From the NCBI RefSeq assembly GCF_001194135.2, contig NC_069005.1, positions 32,936,485 to 33,000,484 of the forward strand: 64,000 nt of DNA, given 5' to 3'. A program made the translations under genes and the position numbers. The notes under the pieces are model-generated. The model was not told where the DNA came from. It saw only the letters and a program-made list of their open reading frames with translations, and did not search any database. Below are positions 1-11,758 of this stretch, piece by piece. Position 1 is the first letter of the stretch. Each line of letters opens with the position of its first letter. The DNA is from Octopus bimaculoides. Taxonomy: Eukaryota.

Positions 1-354
1 GGCGTGGATGGAGAATCCACCCCAGCACTCCCACAAGGTTCTACTGTGTTGTGAAGCTGGGGTAAACCTGGTGTGACCCCACCAGGCCCACCAGCTGTGT
101 TAGAGGAAGAAGAGTTTGGAGGAGGCCTAAATGCAGGGTTTGGGGGCATCGGTGGTATCATATCCAATTCAAAGTGAAAGAGATCATCATGCTGTAGAGA
201 GCGTCTATGAAATGGAATAACGTTCCTTCCATGCCGAGATTGCTGCCTATCAAATTTTTCAGGTTTCTCCCCCTTCACATGTTTGTTGCTGCCACACGGT
301 AACAAGCTTTTAGTTGCGTTCTGAGCCAAAGATTTCGACTTGGAATTTCTATGC
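1..354 (-). CDS. MED13: MED13 coding exon, truncated by the window edge: (R)HRNSKSKSLAQNATKS...VIPFHRRSLQHDDLFHFELDMIPPMPPNPAFRPPPNSSSS...VDSPST
   Basis: Acceptor ttttctttcttgtttcag|GCATAG, phase 2, continues the frame with no stop to position 1. PFH-x-R motif as in MED13/MED13L (recalled), then Pro/Ser/Gly-rich low-complexity sequence. Confidence 0.92.
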
Positions 355-632
355 CTGAAACAAGAAAGAAAACTTTCACTGAGCAACGTTGGTTTGAGAG
401 CAACAGCAAAGTATAATGATTTCATGTAATAATAATGATAATAACAATAATGATGATGACAATGATAATGATCATAAATGTCCTGATCTTAACTGACTGG
501 AAGTGTTATCTCTCCCTCTCTCTCATTTCCTCTCTGTCCTCCTCTCTCACTTTGCCACTTTTTTTAAGTGTGACACACACAACAGGTACGTACAAAAACA
601 AAAAGTTAGCGTATTAATATTATTGATAATAA

Positions 633-1005
633 TAATCCTTTCTAATTTCAGCACAAGGCTAGCATTTTGGGTCACAAGGGTTAGCCAATTACATTGATCT
701 CAGTACTTGATTAGTGCTTTAGTTTACTGACCTCAGAGAGATAAGGAGCAAAAACATCCTTGACAGGATTTAAGCTAAGAGTGTAAAAAGCCAGAAAGAG
801 AAACCGCACAGGCACAAGACCAGTAGTTTTAAAGTGTGATGGTTAGTCATAAGTCAACCCCAGTACATAACTGGTACTTTATTTCATTAGCTCCAAACTG
901 ATGAAAGGCAAAGTTGACTTTGGTGGGATTTGATCTCAGAATGTAAAGAAACGGATCAAACACTGCAAGACACTTACCCAATGCTCTGCTACATCTAAAT
1001 AAATG
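633..1005 (-). mobile_element. Two adjacent degenerate family A SINE-like copies (about 633-815 and 846-1005)
   Basis: Reverse-complement matches to family A segments (cccagtacataactggtactttatt; gatgaaaggcaaagttgactt; gatttgatctcagaatgtaaag). Confidence 0.65.
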
Positions 1006-2029
1006 TACTAAGACCCCTAACAACACATCTATAGGCAATATGGTAACAATAATATTGTTATATACAATAATATATAATAATATAACACTAACAAGCTGTC
1101 AATAAAGAACTACACAAAGGCAACATCTATACCAACACAGATCAATTATTGCTAAACAAAATCCAAAATTAATCAATAATTTTAGAGAGGAGAAATAATT
1201 TGTTTTGAACAACTTTTCAATAAGTACTTTCTTCCTCCATCAATTTTGCCATTCATTCTTTTGCGAGTGAGATGAAAGAGAGAAAAACAGCACCAGTTCA
1301 GGGTGGAGAGTTGGTGGAATTGTTAGAGTATTGGATAGGATGTTGGGTGGAATGTGTTCTGGTTAGGTACACTGTGTGTTCAAATCTTGCCCCAGATCTA
1401 CAAATACACGGGCATTTCTGCCAAGAAGTGCAGAGTTTCCTTAGTACAATCAGAAGATCAACTGCTGCTGCTGCTGCTACTACTACCACCACCTTTTTAT
1501 AAAATTACAGCTGTTGCTGCTATTTAGCCCCAGATGATCCTGGGGCACCACCACAACTCCAGTCTGTGTGGCAGTCTGGTGGCTTATGTGCTTCAGTGAA
1601 CCTAAGAGCTATGCTATTTGGGCCCATAGTCCTTTACAGGCAGATCACAACAAAATTTCCAGTGGTTCACATTAAAATCTGTCCTACATATTACAGCTGT
1701 ATTAAATATTTGCGGTCAAAAATTTGAGAATTTCATTTTCCATGAGGTTACACTATTTGATGTTTAATTAAATTTATTCTATTTAGTTTCTAGTTAAATT
1801 TCAGATTTTTTTTTATGTTCCAATGAGCCATGAAAATATTCAGTACATCAAAGTGATCCACATTATAAAACCAGTTTAGAATCCCTGCTATAACATAAAA
1901 AATTGAATATAAACAACAACCAGTCATTCTTAATCCCCTCCTGACAAGGGCAATGATCAGGTAAGGAAATAGTTGAGAGGCAGGAGGGTGGCTTCCATAA
2001 CTAGCTTTATATAAAGTTTACCCATTCTT

Positions 2030-2342
2030 AGGTTCATTATCCACCTGGCTTCTCCACCCTCTATTTGTAGGAGCGTCATGAGAGCAGAGTCCTCGGGCAC
2101 ATCCTCCATGGTGTCCTATCAAAAGCAACCATCCTTACACTTCCTGGCTGGATTCCCCAACACAACCAACTGAGACTATGGATGTTATCCAACTATCACA
2201 TTCCTAGTCTACCCCTAGGTCTCCTGCCAGTTGACTCAGCTTGAAGGGTCTTCTTTGCAATTCTTTCCTGTGGTATTCTAATCACAGGTCGGTAGTACTA
2301 GAGTTGTGATCCTTCAACTCAGCAAAACTATCAATCCCTAAT
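2030..2342 (-). mobile_element. Degenerate RTE-superfamily LINE 3' fragment (C-terminus of ORF2)
   Basis: Minus-strand translation SQL*YYRPVIRIPQERIAKKTLQAESTGRRPRGRLGM**LDNIHSLSWLCWGIQPGSVRMVAFDRTPWR. This is the typical RTE C-terminal L-x-W-x-GHV...GRRPRGRP...W-x-D...DR-x-x-WR pattern with stops. Confidence 0.75.
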
Positions 2343-2529
2343 GATAGAATAACCCCAGTACACACATACACAAAGGAGAACGAAGTGCAAAATTAGGCTA
2401 CTTTACAGCATTTTTAATAAGACAAGCCATGCTGCCATTTCCTGAAGTCAACTAATTGAAGAAGACTTCAATAATACAAGCTATAAAAAAGAAACATCTG
2501 AAGAAGGAACGGTTATTGTTGTTGTTTAC

Positions 2530-2613
2530 CTGATACAGTTACAGGAAGCTTTAGAGGTTGGATCACCAAAATCCCAGATAAGCAACATATCCTCAGAAGT
2601 CAAATCAGGATTC
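2530..2613 (-). CDS. MED13: MED13 coding exon: (R)NPDLTSEDMLLIWDFGDPTSKASCNCI
   Basis: Acceptor cctttcacttctag|GAATCC and donor ATCAG|gtaaac; 84 bp, phase 2/2. WDF-x-DPT-x-x-x-SC-x-C-x-R resembles MED13/MED13L WDFVDPTQRVSCSCSRH (recalled). Confidence 0.93.
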
Positions 2614-3483
2614 CTAGAAGTGAAAGGAAGAAAACAAAACATGTTAAAGACAATAAACAACAAAAAAAAAAAGAGGGTTTCTATCAGAATTTCTAACTTG
2701 ACTAATGTCAATTTATTTAGTCAATTATAATTTAATCAAGCTAATTAAGGGGATGATTGGCTTGTTAAATTATTTATCTGTTCATTTTTAAATTTGATTT
2801 TCCATGCTAGCATGAATATGTTGTTTCACAGCAGGATACCCTTCCTGTTGTTAACCCTTCCAAAGATGTGTGGGATAGGAAGCCCCAAGTAAGGGATCTC
2901 CTATCCTACACATTTTTGAAAATGCAAAGCCAGTAGACAATTTGTTAATAAGGAAATAACATTATTGTCAGTTTGTAGGTCAGGAGGGGGGGTGCATATG
3001 AAAACCTGCATACACACACACACACACACACAATAGATTTTATACAGTTTCCATCTATCAAATTCACTCACAAAACATTTGTTGGCCCAGGACTACATTA
3101 GAATACATTTGCCCAAGGTGCTGCAAAGTGGGACTGAACCTGAAACCAAGTGGCTTCAAAATGAACTTCTTAACCACATAGCTGTACCTGTACCTATCTT
3201 ACAAATCTGTTTATAGTTTTTTAGCCCCAGGCAATGTGTATCAAGGATTACATTATCCAATGTGTCCTTTCTTGCGATTTAAAAGATTTAGCAGCTCCTT
3301 CTAGCAGTCATGCAACAAACAACGTAGCGGTTCCCTGGATGACTTCCTTTGAATGTAAACGTAGACGGTGCAGAACAAACAAATTATGAGTGGAAGTAGC
3401 AAATTTTAATGCAATTCACTTGTTTACTTGAAAATGCTAAGAAAAAAATGGTGAGAAATTAAAATTTGGTTTATTTCCGTTAC

Positions 3484-3829
3484 CTTTTGCTTATTCCTGC
3501 CATTGTTACACTGTCTTGAGCAACTTTCTCCAGTATTCTGAAAGCTACAGAGTCAGCAGTTTGGTCCAAGGGTCCTAAGCTGGGTTCTACAGGTCCCGTG
3601 GCATATGGTAATGATGGACACAGCTTGAGACCCCCACCTGGAGGCAGTTGAGGCTCCCCAGGGGACGTTGGTGGAGTCAGGGGACCATTTGGAATGACAG
3701 GATGTGGACATGATGGGCGCTGGATGGGTGGAACTGGTGCGGCAGCTAAAGTTGATGCTGGAACTGTTAAAGTCGGTTCTTCCTCACAAGTAAATATAAA
3801 AGCCGAGGGGTAACGCATGTGTACTCCAG
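3484..3829 (-). CDS. MED13: MED13 coding exon: (A)GVHMRYPSAFIFTCEEEP...GPLTPPTSPGEPQ...EKVAQDSVTMAGISK
   Basis: Acceptor ttcaattccag|CTGGAG and donor AAAAG|gtaacg; 346 bp, phase 1/2. The junction gives EVIIAGVHMRYP (vertebrate EVLVAGVRMIYP, recalled) and the exon contains LTPPTSP. Confidence 0.96.
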
Positions 3830-4831
3830 CTGGAATTGAAACCGTGAAGCAAGGGTTACACAAGTGCACAAAAAATACATTCAGTACAAAGAACTTTTTC
3901 AATATATTCAGTANNNNNNNNNNNNNNNNNNNNNNNNNNNNNNNNNNNNNNNNNNNNNNNNNNNNNNNNNNNNNNNNNNNNNNNNNNNNNNNNATATATA
4001 TATAGTTCAAAGGTACAAAAAAACAAAGACAGGTGAGGGAACGAGATGCAGATGTATTAGTTTGACACTCAGGAAAAATGGAAAAGTCTTTGACATTTTG
4101 AGCTGACACTCTTTGGCAGAAAGGGATGAGAGGACAAAATGGAGTGGGGGCGATAGAGAGCGAAAAAATTGTTGGTCATTTCACATGATGAAATGACCAG
4201 AAGAAATACACACACACACACACACACACACAAAACCCTTTTAAATAACTGTTTTGCACACTTACCTGTCTGAGACAGGTAAATCTACCAACCAGGAATT
4301 AATAACAATGGATTATTGTATTATTGCTATAGAATATATGTAGCTGCAAAATTATCTACAGATTTCCATCAAAGATATCATCCTAGCACTTTATAAAAAT
4401 GGTCACACACAAAAAACCAAAACCTCTGCTAAGCAGTCACACACGCAGCTGTTAGATTCAGTTTCATAATTAAATGGTTTTCAAGAAATCATAAAAAGCT
4501 CATTAGGTTGATTCCAAACTTGGAATAAACTATTTCTGCCAGACATTTCAAACAGCTTTTTAACAGCTTCAATAACTCAACCAATTTGCTTCCTTCCAGA
4601 TAAAGCAGAGCCAATCATAAATTTGGTATCAATTTTGACAATATCAAGAGGTGGGACCAACTTTAACAAACTGAATAGAAGAATTAGCGAATAAAAGAAG
4701 GTTGTAGGAAATTAGTTGGCTTAATGAAGATTTTAAGTGCCAAGCATTAGTGAAATGTGTCTAGAGAGGTAAGTTTATAGACTTTAGTGCATAATTAGTA
4801 GTGGAGTGTGTGCACATGTATGTGTAAATAC

Positions 4832-4863
<32 letters not shown>

Positions 4864-6103
4864 CGTAAGAGAGTGTGTTCAAACAGCGGGTTTAGTGAGT
4901 TTATCAAATGAGTTCAATAGAGGAAAATTGATCAATTAAGGAAAGATTACTGACAATGGCATCTATGAATCAATGAATGTAGTAATAAACTATTAGCTGC
5001 TGTTGTCCTTTCTGTTTTGTTTTTTTTTGTGTTTTTTTTAACCCTCAGTTAAACTGGCAACAAGATGACATTTTGAAATGCTGAGTAAATAGTTTGACTG
5101 AAAAACAAAACCAAAATTAGCATTCTTTTACCTCAACCTCTGAAAAACCACTACCACTTCCACTGTTATTAACTCGTGTCATACTACTGGACTCTCTGTC
5201 CCCTTCACTGGAGACTGAACCCCTCCTTTCAGAATTTGCCATGCTATTTATCAAAAGGCTTCTCAACTAACAATTCAAACAATCCTTATTTTCAAAGATA
5301 TAAATGTCACAGAAATATGTCATAACACAAACCAATAAACGCAGAGAACCAATTTTACAAACAACTGAGATAGTTCTCTTTAAAAGTCATGGTCAACTAG
5401 ATCTCCATCAGCTTTTACAACACTCTCCAAATTAAACATCATTACCATTATTCAATTAACAGGACTTAACTCATCTCTGATACCAATCAACCAGATACCA
5501 CACTCCTGGTCCTACAATACAAACTTACTATTTTAAAGTGATTCAATTAAAACCATCCATTAAATTTCATGTCAAATTTACGTTCCAAACACCAGCTTAA
5601 TACGGAAGTTATTCAACTAAATTCTTCGTTATTTTCAAAATTAATTAAGGGTTAATGAAATATCTGCTTCCATTGTAGACAATCAATTGCAACAACTGGA
5701 TTCTACTAAAACATTGTGGCATCCATGACTATTTTAGTTTATATCACAAACAGAACAAACTGGATTAGTTGTAACATTGTTCAACCAATTAGCTTTTAGC
5801 CACCTAATCTACACTGAAACTAATGAACTTATCCATCTAATTCAATATTTCTTTCAATATTAAAATGTCTTTAAAACACAGCCGTGTCAGTGCCGTAATA
5901 GAGTGAAACGTCCTTTAAAAAAAAAAGAAAAAAAGAGTTTATTCAGAGTTTCCCCCGTGCCAAGTCATCCATCTTAACCATCATAAGACATGTGCTGTAG
6001 TACAATCATATTTTAACCTCACATCACAACTTCTCTCAATACCACTCCCCACCCCATCTCAGTTGAGGGCAGGGTGGTATTTATATGACATCACCACTAC
6101 AGG

Positions 6104-6500
6104 TGCCACATAAAAAGCACCCAGAACACACTGTGAAATGGAAGGGCATCCATCTGTAGAAACCGTGCCGAAAAAGACAGAGCCTGAGGCAGTCCTCTGG
6201 CTTGTCATCTCCTGTTGAACCATCCAATAGATACCAGCATGGGAAAAAAACCTATGTTTAATCCTGTCTACTATAGGCACAAGGCTTGACGGGTGGAGTA
6301 CACTGACCCCCCAGTACACAACTGGTACTTAATTTATCAACCCTGAAAGGATGAAAGGCATAGCTGACTTCAGCGGAATCTGAACTCAGAACGTAGCGAC
6401 AGGCGAAATGCTGCTAAGCATTCCGTTCAGCGTGCTAAAAATTCTGCCAGCTCGCCACCTTGGAAAACGTATGTTTAATAACGATGATGGTAATGATGAT
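6104..6500 (+). mobile_element. Old RTE-related 3' UTR fragment interrupted by a SINE
   Basis: gccacataaaaagcaccc...gaagggcatccatctgtagaaac...ccagcatggg, resuming after the SINE as ...gtttaataacgatgatggtaatgatgat. Confidence 0.65.
6263..6460 (-). mobile_element. tRNA-derived SINE-like element (family A)
   Basis: Minus strand starts aggtggcgagctggcagaa (A-box-like), has ctgagttcagattcc (B-box-like) and the family core aagtaccagttgtgtactgggg. Imperfect flanking direct repeats. Confidence 0.8.
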
Positions 6501-8313
6501 GAGTGAGTAAGTAGCATGTGGTAAGGCTTAAAAACACTGACCAACACCTCACAACAGACAGAAACCCTGTATTTGCAGCATTCATCATTTGAGGTTTCCT
6601 AACACTATTGCATCAATGAAATCTACGGTTATAACACATTGAACACTCTCTAATTTCTAAGAGTTCCCTTGTCTGTGAAAGTAGAACTGCATGTGGCTGT
6701 TGTAAACTGCAACCATTCTGCCCACCCTCNNNNNNNNNNNNNNNNNNNNNNNNNNNNNNNNNNNNNNNNNNNNNNNNNNNNNNNNNNNNNNNNNNNNNNN
6801 NNNNNNNNNNNNCCCACTCCTCACCATGACTGCTGATTGCCTGCAGTTGAGCCAACCCTTCTCCTTCCCTTAGATTGCCTACAATTATTATTATTATTAT
6901 TATGCTAGCCTTGCACAGTATTGACATGCCTAATAAACTCTCGACATACTTTCATTTATCAATTTAGATAACTTCTTTCTCAATCCCTCTACTCACACAC
7001 ACACATTTCACACATTCTATCTTCTCAAAGAAGATTTAACAAAGAAAGCAATGGCACAGAAAAATCAATCTTTTTTAGCCTCAAATGACACTTGGTAGGC
7101 TTAACCTAGAATCCTAAATCCAAAATTAGACACTTTCTTTTCTTCTTCTTCATTTTTGTTGTTTCAATTTATATATCTTCGTCTTTCGAAAGCAGTACTT
7201 CTAGTAACATGACCCAAGCTAGGAAATGGAATGCTACATGTTTCATCTACTCTGGACACTTCACAAATATTTAAATGACACGAAACATTAAAAAACATTT
7301 TTTCCCTATCCACCAACTATCCAGCTCTTGTCATGAACTGACCAGAAAAGGAAGTTACAAGAATTACAAACCAGTTCACTCAAACACATGAGGAAGCACT
7401 TAGGTATTATTGCAGCTAAGCTATAGTACAGTGTTGCGGGGCCACAAAAGTTTTAGCTGCTTTTCAAAGGCTGTTAATCCCCTTTGATAAAGACATAAAA
7501 GCCAAAGTCGGCTGTTCTTTCATCTCTAAATCTCAAACTCCAGATGACATGTGTGCATAAGAAACAATGATTTTTCATTGGACTAGACACAAAGCCAATC
7601 CTGTAAAAGGAGTATGCTAAATTGATCACATTGACTCCAGTATATAATATCAATCAATCACATCAACTTTAGTATAAAACTAATATGATATAGTATTAAT
7701 GCAGAACCAATCACATTGACTGTAGTATATAGCTAATATATTATTTTATCAACCTAGGAGAAACCTATTGTCAGGAATTGTACAAAGAAGGACGAGATAT
7801 TGAACTAAACATTATGTGATGTTTTATAATGCTTGCAAAATGTTTATTTCATCCATTTTTACATTCTGATTTCAAATTCCATCAAGGCTGACTTCATCCT
7901 TTCGGGATTGATGAAATTGACTAACCTCCTACCCCAAACTTTCAGGCCCCTTACTCATAAGAGAAAGGATTATATTATCCAGGGTCAACTACCAGTCAAA
8001 TAATGTGGATTAATTTAATCAACTAACCCCTTCCCACAAAACTGCTGCCCTTATGTATAAATTACAAATTATTATTGCTGTTGTTGTTGTTGTTATAGCA
8101 GTGTAGCAGAATCAATAGGAGACCTAGCCAGACTCAATGAATTCATCACTCTTAAGCTCAGATCTCACTCAAGTGAGTTTTGCTTTCCATCCCTCCAGAG
8201 AAAGCAATTGAGATCTGCTACAGTTATATCTTGGGACCTTTTCAATTAACTACACCTCAGCACAATACATTTGTTAACCACATGCCAATGTGCAAGACAT
8301 TATTACTATTAAA

Positions 8314-8537
8314 GTGGCGAGCTGGCAGAAATGTTAGCACACTGGGTAAAATGCTTGGCAGCATTTCATCCATTTTTATGTTCAGAGTTCAAATGCCACT
8401 GAGGTCAACTTTGCCCTTCATGGGTCGATAAAATAAGTACCAGCTGAGGACTGAGGTCGATTTAACTGACTTACCCCACCTGCCAAATTTACTGGCCTTG
8501 TGCCAAAATTTGAAATTATTATTATCATCATCATCAT
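8314..8537 (+). mobile_element. tRNA-derived SINE-like element (family A)
   Basis: gtggcgagctggcagaa head, gagttcaaat B-box at 8385, core aataagtaccagctgag, 3' ggccttgtgccaaaatttgaa and an (att)/(atc) tail. Confidence 0.8.
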
Positions 8538-9157
8538 CCACCTACCCTGCCAAGACTAAATTCCATGAAAATAACTTAGTTACAACTAACAAGAGGAATA
8601 CCCTCAGCTTTGTTCCACATGAGTGGCTGGTGAAATGTAAGGTGTCCAGCCATACAAGGTACCCCTGCTAACCCATCTAATCCATGCCAACAGAACATGG
8701 TGGGTTTTGATAGTCCATGACCCACCACTTTGTAACACTGGTTACTAAACTACTAAAACAGAGAGAGTGGGATAAGAAAACAAAACCATGCTTAATCATT
8801 AGTGCACAGGGTAGACAGCAAAAACAGTTTCACAACGGACTAAATGTGAGGTAGTGCTGAATGTCCCTCCTTTTTCTCTCTAACCAGTCATTAAACAATA
8901 GCACCTCACTCAACCCTGACTGGCTGCCATGCTTGAATTCTTAACAAACATCACATAGCAGCTACTTTAACTGGTTTGTTGAACCATGACAGGTTGAAAA
9001 GAAGAGCAAGGAGATAAAAGTGCATCAGCGGGAATCTCCAGCACTGACAAGAACAAGGCAGATAAAATCAATTGAATTTCATGGGAAATTCAGCCAATTA
9101 GACCAGAAGATAAAAACATACACAACACACACAGAGGGCACCTAATTGGTCTCATTG

Positions 9158-9197
<40 letters not shown>

Positions 9198-9306
9198 GAG
9201 GAATTAAATAAAAAAATTTTCTTCTTCTTTTCTTAACTAAGTTCCTTAACACTTCACCACTCACAGATTCAAAATCAACTCATTTCACACAAAATTAGAG
9301 TAAAGT

Positions 9307-9344
<38 letters not shown>

Positions 9345-9492
9345 GCAAGTTTGCTTTCTGCTCTTCAGAGGGGAGAGGAAAAAAACTATGGGTATTATAA
9401 CTATTCATATCCCAGCTGTCACAAAGTACAGGGCTTTGTGCCAAGTCAAGAGAAACTAATAATTTAAATATTATCAATGTTTACATATTTAA

Positions 9493-10327
9493 NNNNNNNN
9501 NNNNNNNNNNNNNNNNNNNNNNNNNNNNNNNNNNNNNNNNNNNNNNNNNNNNNNNNNNNNNNNNNNNNNNNNNNNNNNNNNNNNNNNNNNNNNNNNNNNN
9601 NNNNNNNNNNNNNNNNNNNNNNNNNNNNNNNNNNNNNNNNNNNNNNNNNNNNNNNNNNNNNNNNNNNNNNNNNNNNNNNNNNNNNNNNNNNNNNNNNNNN
9701 NNNNNNNNNNNNNNNNNNNNNNNNNNNNNNNNNNNNNNNNNNNNNNNNNNNNNNNNNNNNNNNNNNNNNNNNNNNNNNNNNNNNNNNNNNNNNNNNNNNN
9801 NNNNNNNNNNNNNNNNNNNNNNNNNNNNNNNNNNNNNNNNNNNNNNNNNNNNNNNNNNNNNNNNNNNNNNNNNNNNNNNNNNNNNNNNNNNNNNNNNNNN
9901 NNNNNNNNNNNNNNNNNNNNNNNNNNNNNNNNNNNNNNNNNNNNNNNNNNNNNNNNNNNNNNNNNNNNNNNNNNNNNNNNNNNNNNNNNNNNNNNNNNNN
10001 NNNNNNNNNNNNNNNNNNNNNNNNNNNNNNNNNNNNNNNNNNNNNNNNNNNNNNNNNNNNNNNNNNNNNNNNNNNNNNNNNNNNNNNNNNNNNNNNNNNN
10101 NNNNNNNNNNNNNNNNNNNNNNNNNNNNNNNNNNNNNNNNNNNNNNNNNNNNNNNNNNNNNNNNNNNNNNNNNNNNNNNNNNNNNNNNNNNNNNNNNNNN
10201 NNNNNNNNNNNNNNNNNNNNNNNNNNNNNNNNNNNNNNNNNNNNNNNNNNNNNNNNNNNNNNNNNNNNNNNNNNNNNNNNNNNNNNNNNNNNNNNNNNNN
10301 NNNNNNNNNNNNNNNNNNNNNNNNNNN
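9493..10327. other. Largest assembly gap; others at 3914-3993, 6730-6812, 14544-14850, 20835-21110, 40004-40510, 41176-41257, 44715-44903, 47839-47848, 48826-49198, 50459-50676, 53926-53949
   Basis: Runs of N. About half are flanked by (TA)n arrays and several others by repeat copies, as expected for a short-read draft. Confidence 0.99.
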
Positions 10328-10358
<31 letters not shown>

Positions 10359-10834
10359 TCTACACATACATACACACACAGACCTATACACTTAGTAGCT
10401 CTCCTTTAACGAGAAAAAGTAATTAGTTGGAAAACGGTAGAATAGAATAACTTGACATCTATGCCTCACTGGTGATGATGAATGATGGTGGTGGTGGTGC
10501 CAATGATGAGTGTTGTGTCACCATAGAGGCAGTAGGCAGGTAAGTGGAAGGGTGAGAAAGAGATAGGAGATAAGAGGGGAGCCAGAATAGGGAGCTGTGT
10601 GCATGTGAGAGGTGCTCTGCGTGTGAGTAAGTGTACACAGGAGGGAGAGAGAGATAGACAAAGTGAGAGAGAGATTATTTTCTATGTGACCCACTTTCAT
10701 AGTGAATGCATTAAAGGCAGCAGTAATAGTAATATCCGCAACAATAACCTTTCTTCGTCACTGCCCAGTTTTGTGTGCCCGCGCAATTGTGTGTGAGTGA
10801 GAACGTGTGCTGTGCTGTGGTGTGTTGTGCTGTG

Positions 10835-10868
<34 letters not shown>

Positions 10869-11032
10869 ACGCACACGCATGTACTTGTTTACATATGCTT
10901 TTATATCTAAGTCTAACACACATATCCAAATAGCTATATGTAACACTGCCAATCATATTGATTACTGAGAGCTAGCTCAGCGACGACGTCTGCAGCAGCA
11001 GCAGCTGGAGGGCAGGCAGGCAGGCAGATGTT

Positions 11033-11080
11033 GGATGGATGGATGGATGGATGGATGGATGGATGGAGGGAGGGAGGGAC
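11033..11080. repeat. (GGAT)n/(GGGA)n tetranucleotide microsatellite
   Basis: Directly visible. Confidence 0.95.
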
Positions 11081-11659
11081 GGAGAGCAAGAGGGACAGAT
11101 GGACGGAGAAGGAATGGACGAATATAGTGAAGGAGATGGAGGTGGAGACGGCAAGCACCAGGACACGGGTGCATCCAATGATCTGGACGGTGGTGGTGGT
11201 GGTGGTGGAGAGTGAGTATATGAGTGTATCAGTTGTTGTTAGCAACTGGCACGATCTGGTAAAAGACACCAAAGAGAAAGAGAATGGGGGAGGGTAAGAG
11301 AGAGAGAGAGACCAGACACACTTGTATTGAAAACAATACTAAACACACATCAGTTGATATGAGCTGCTTTCGAACATGAAATGGAAGGTGAATTTTAAGA
11401 TTGATAACAACAACATGCAAACATTAATAGTTGTCTGCTGCTGAAGATACACACACACACACACACGTGCACACATGTGCGTGTGTGTGTGTGTGTGTGT
11501 GTGTATATAGAGGAGTAAAATCAAATAAAATATGCAAAAAGAATATGCGAAGCAGAGGAGGGGGAGGAGAAAAAAAAGAAAAAGAGAAAGTGATGTGTAC
11601 GTGTGCAGAGACACAGAGAAACAAATAAATAAACAAATGGAGAAATGATGGATTAAAGG

Positions 11660-11758
11660 AAAAAGAAGAGGAAGAAGAAAAGGAAGAAGAAGAAGTTGAA
11701 AAGGAAGAAAAAGAAGAAGAAGAAGAAAAGGAAGAAGAAGAAGAAGAAGAAGAAGAAG
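11660..11758. repeat. (GAA)n-type purine-rich microsatellite
   Basis: Directly visible. Confidence 0.95.

Noticed and set aside
3830-4109. 5' extension of the 209-aa ORF at 3480-4109
   Set aside because: The frame crosses an N-gap and intron-like sequence. MED13 similarity and a clean acceptor begin at 3829.
8314-8400. tRNA-like A and B boxes as a possible tRNA gene (also at 59355 and 60770)
   Set aside because: No complete cloverleaf, and each continues into the shared SINE body, so these are SINE heads.
9464-10375. Long ORFs of 290-300 aa here, and similar ones at 20730-21199, 39861-40673, 44596-44976, 48683-49334 and 50262-50817
   Set aside because: They exist only because N-runs and (TA)n tracts contain no stop codons.
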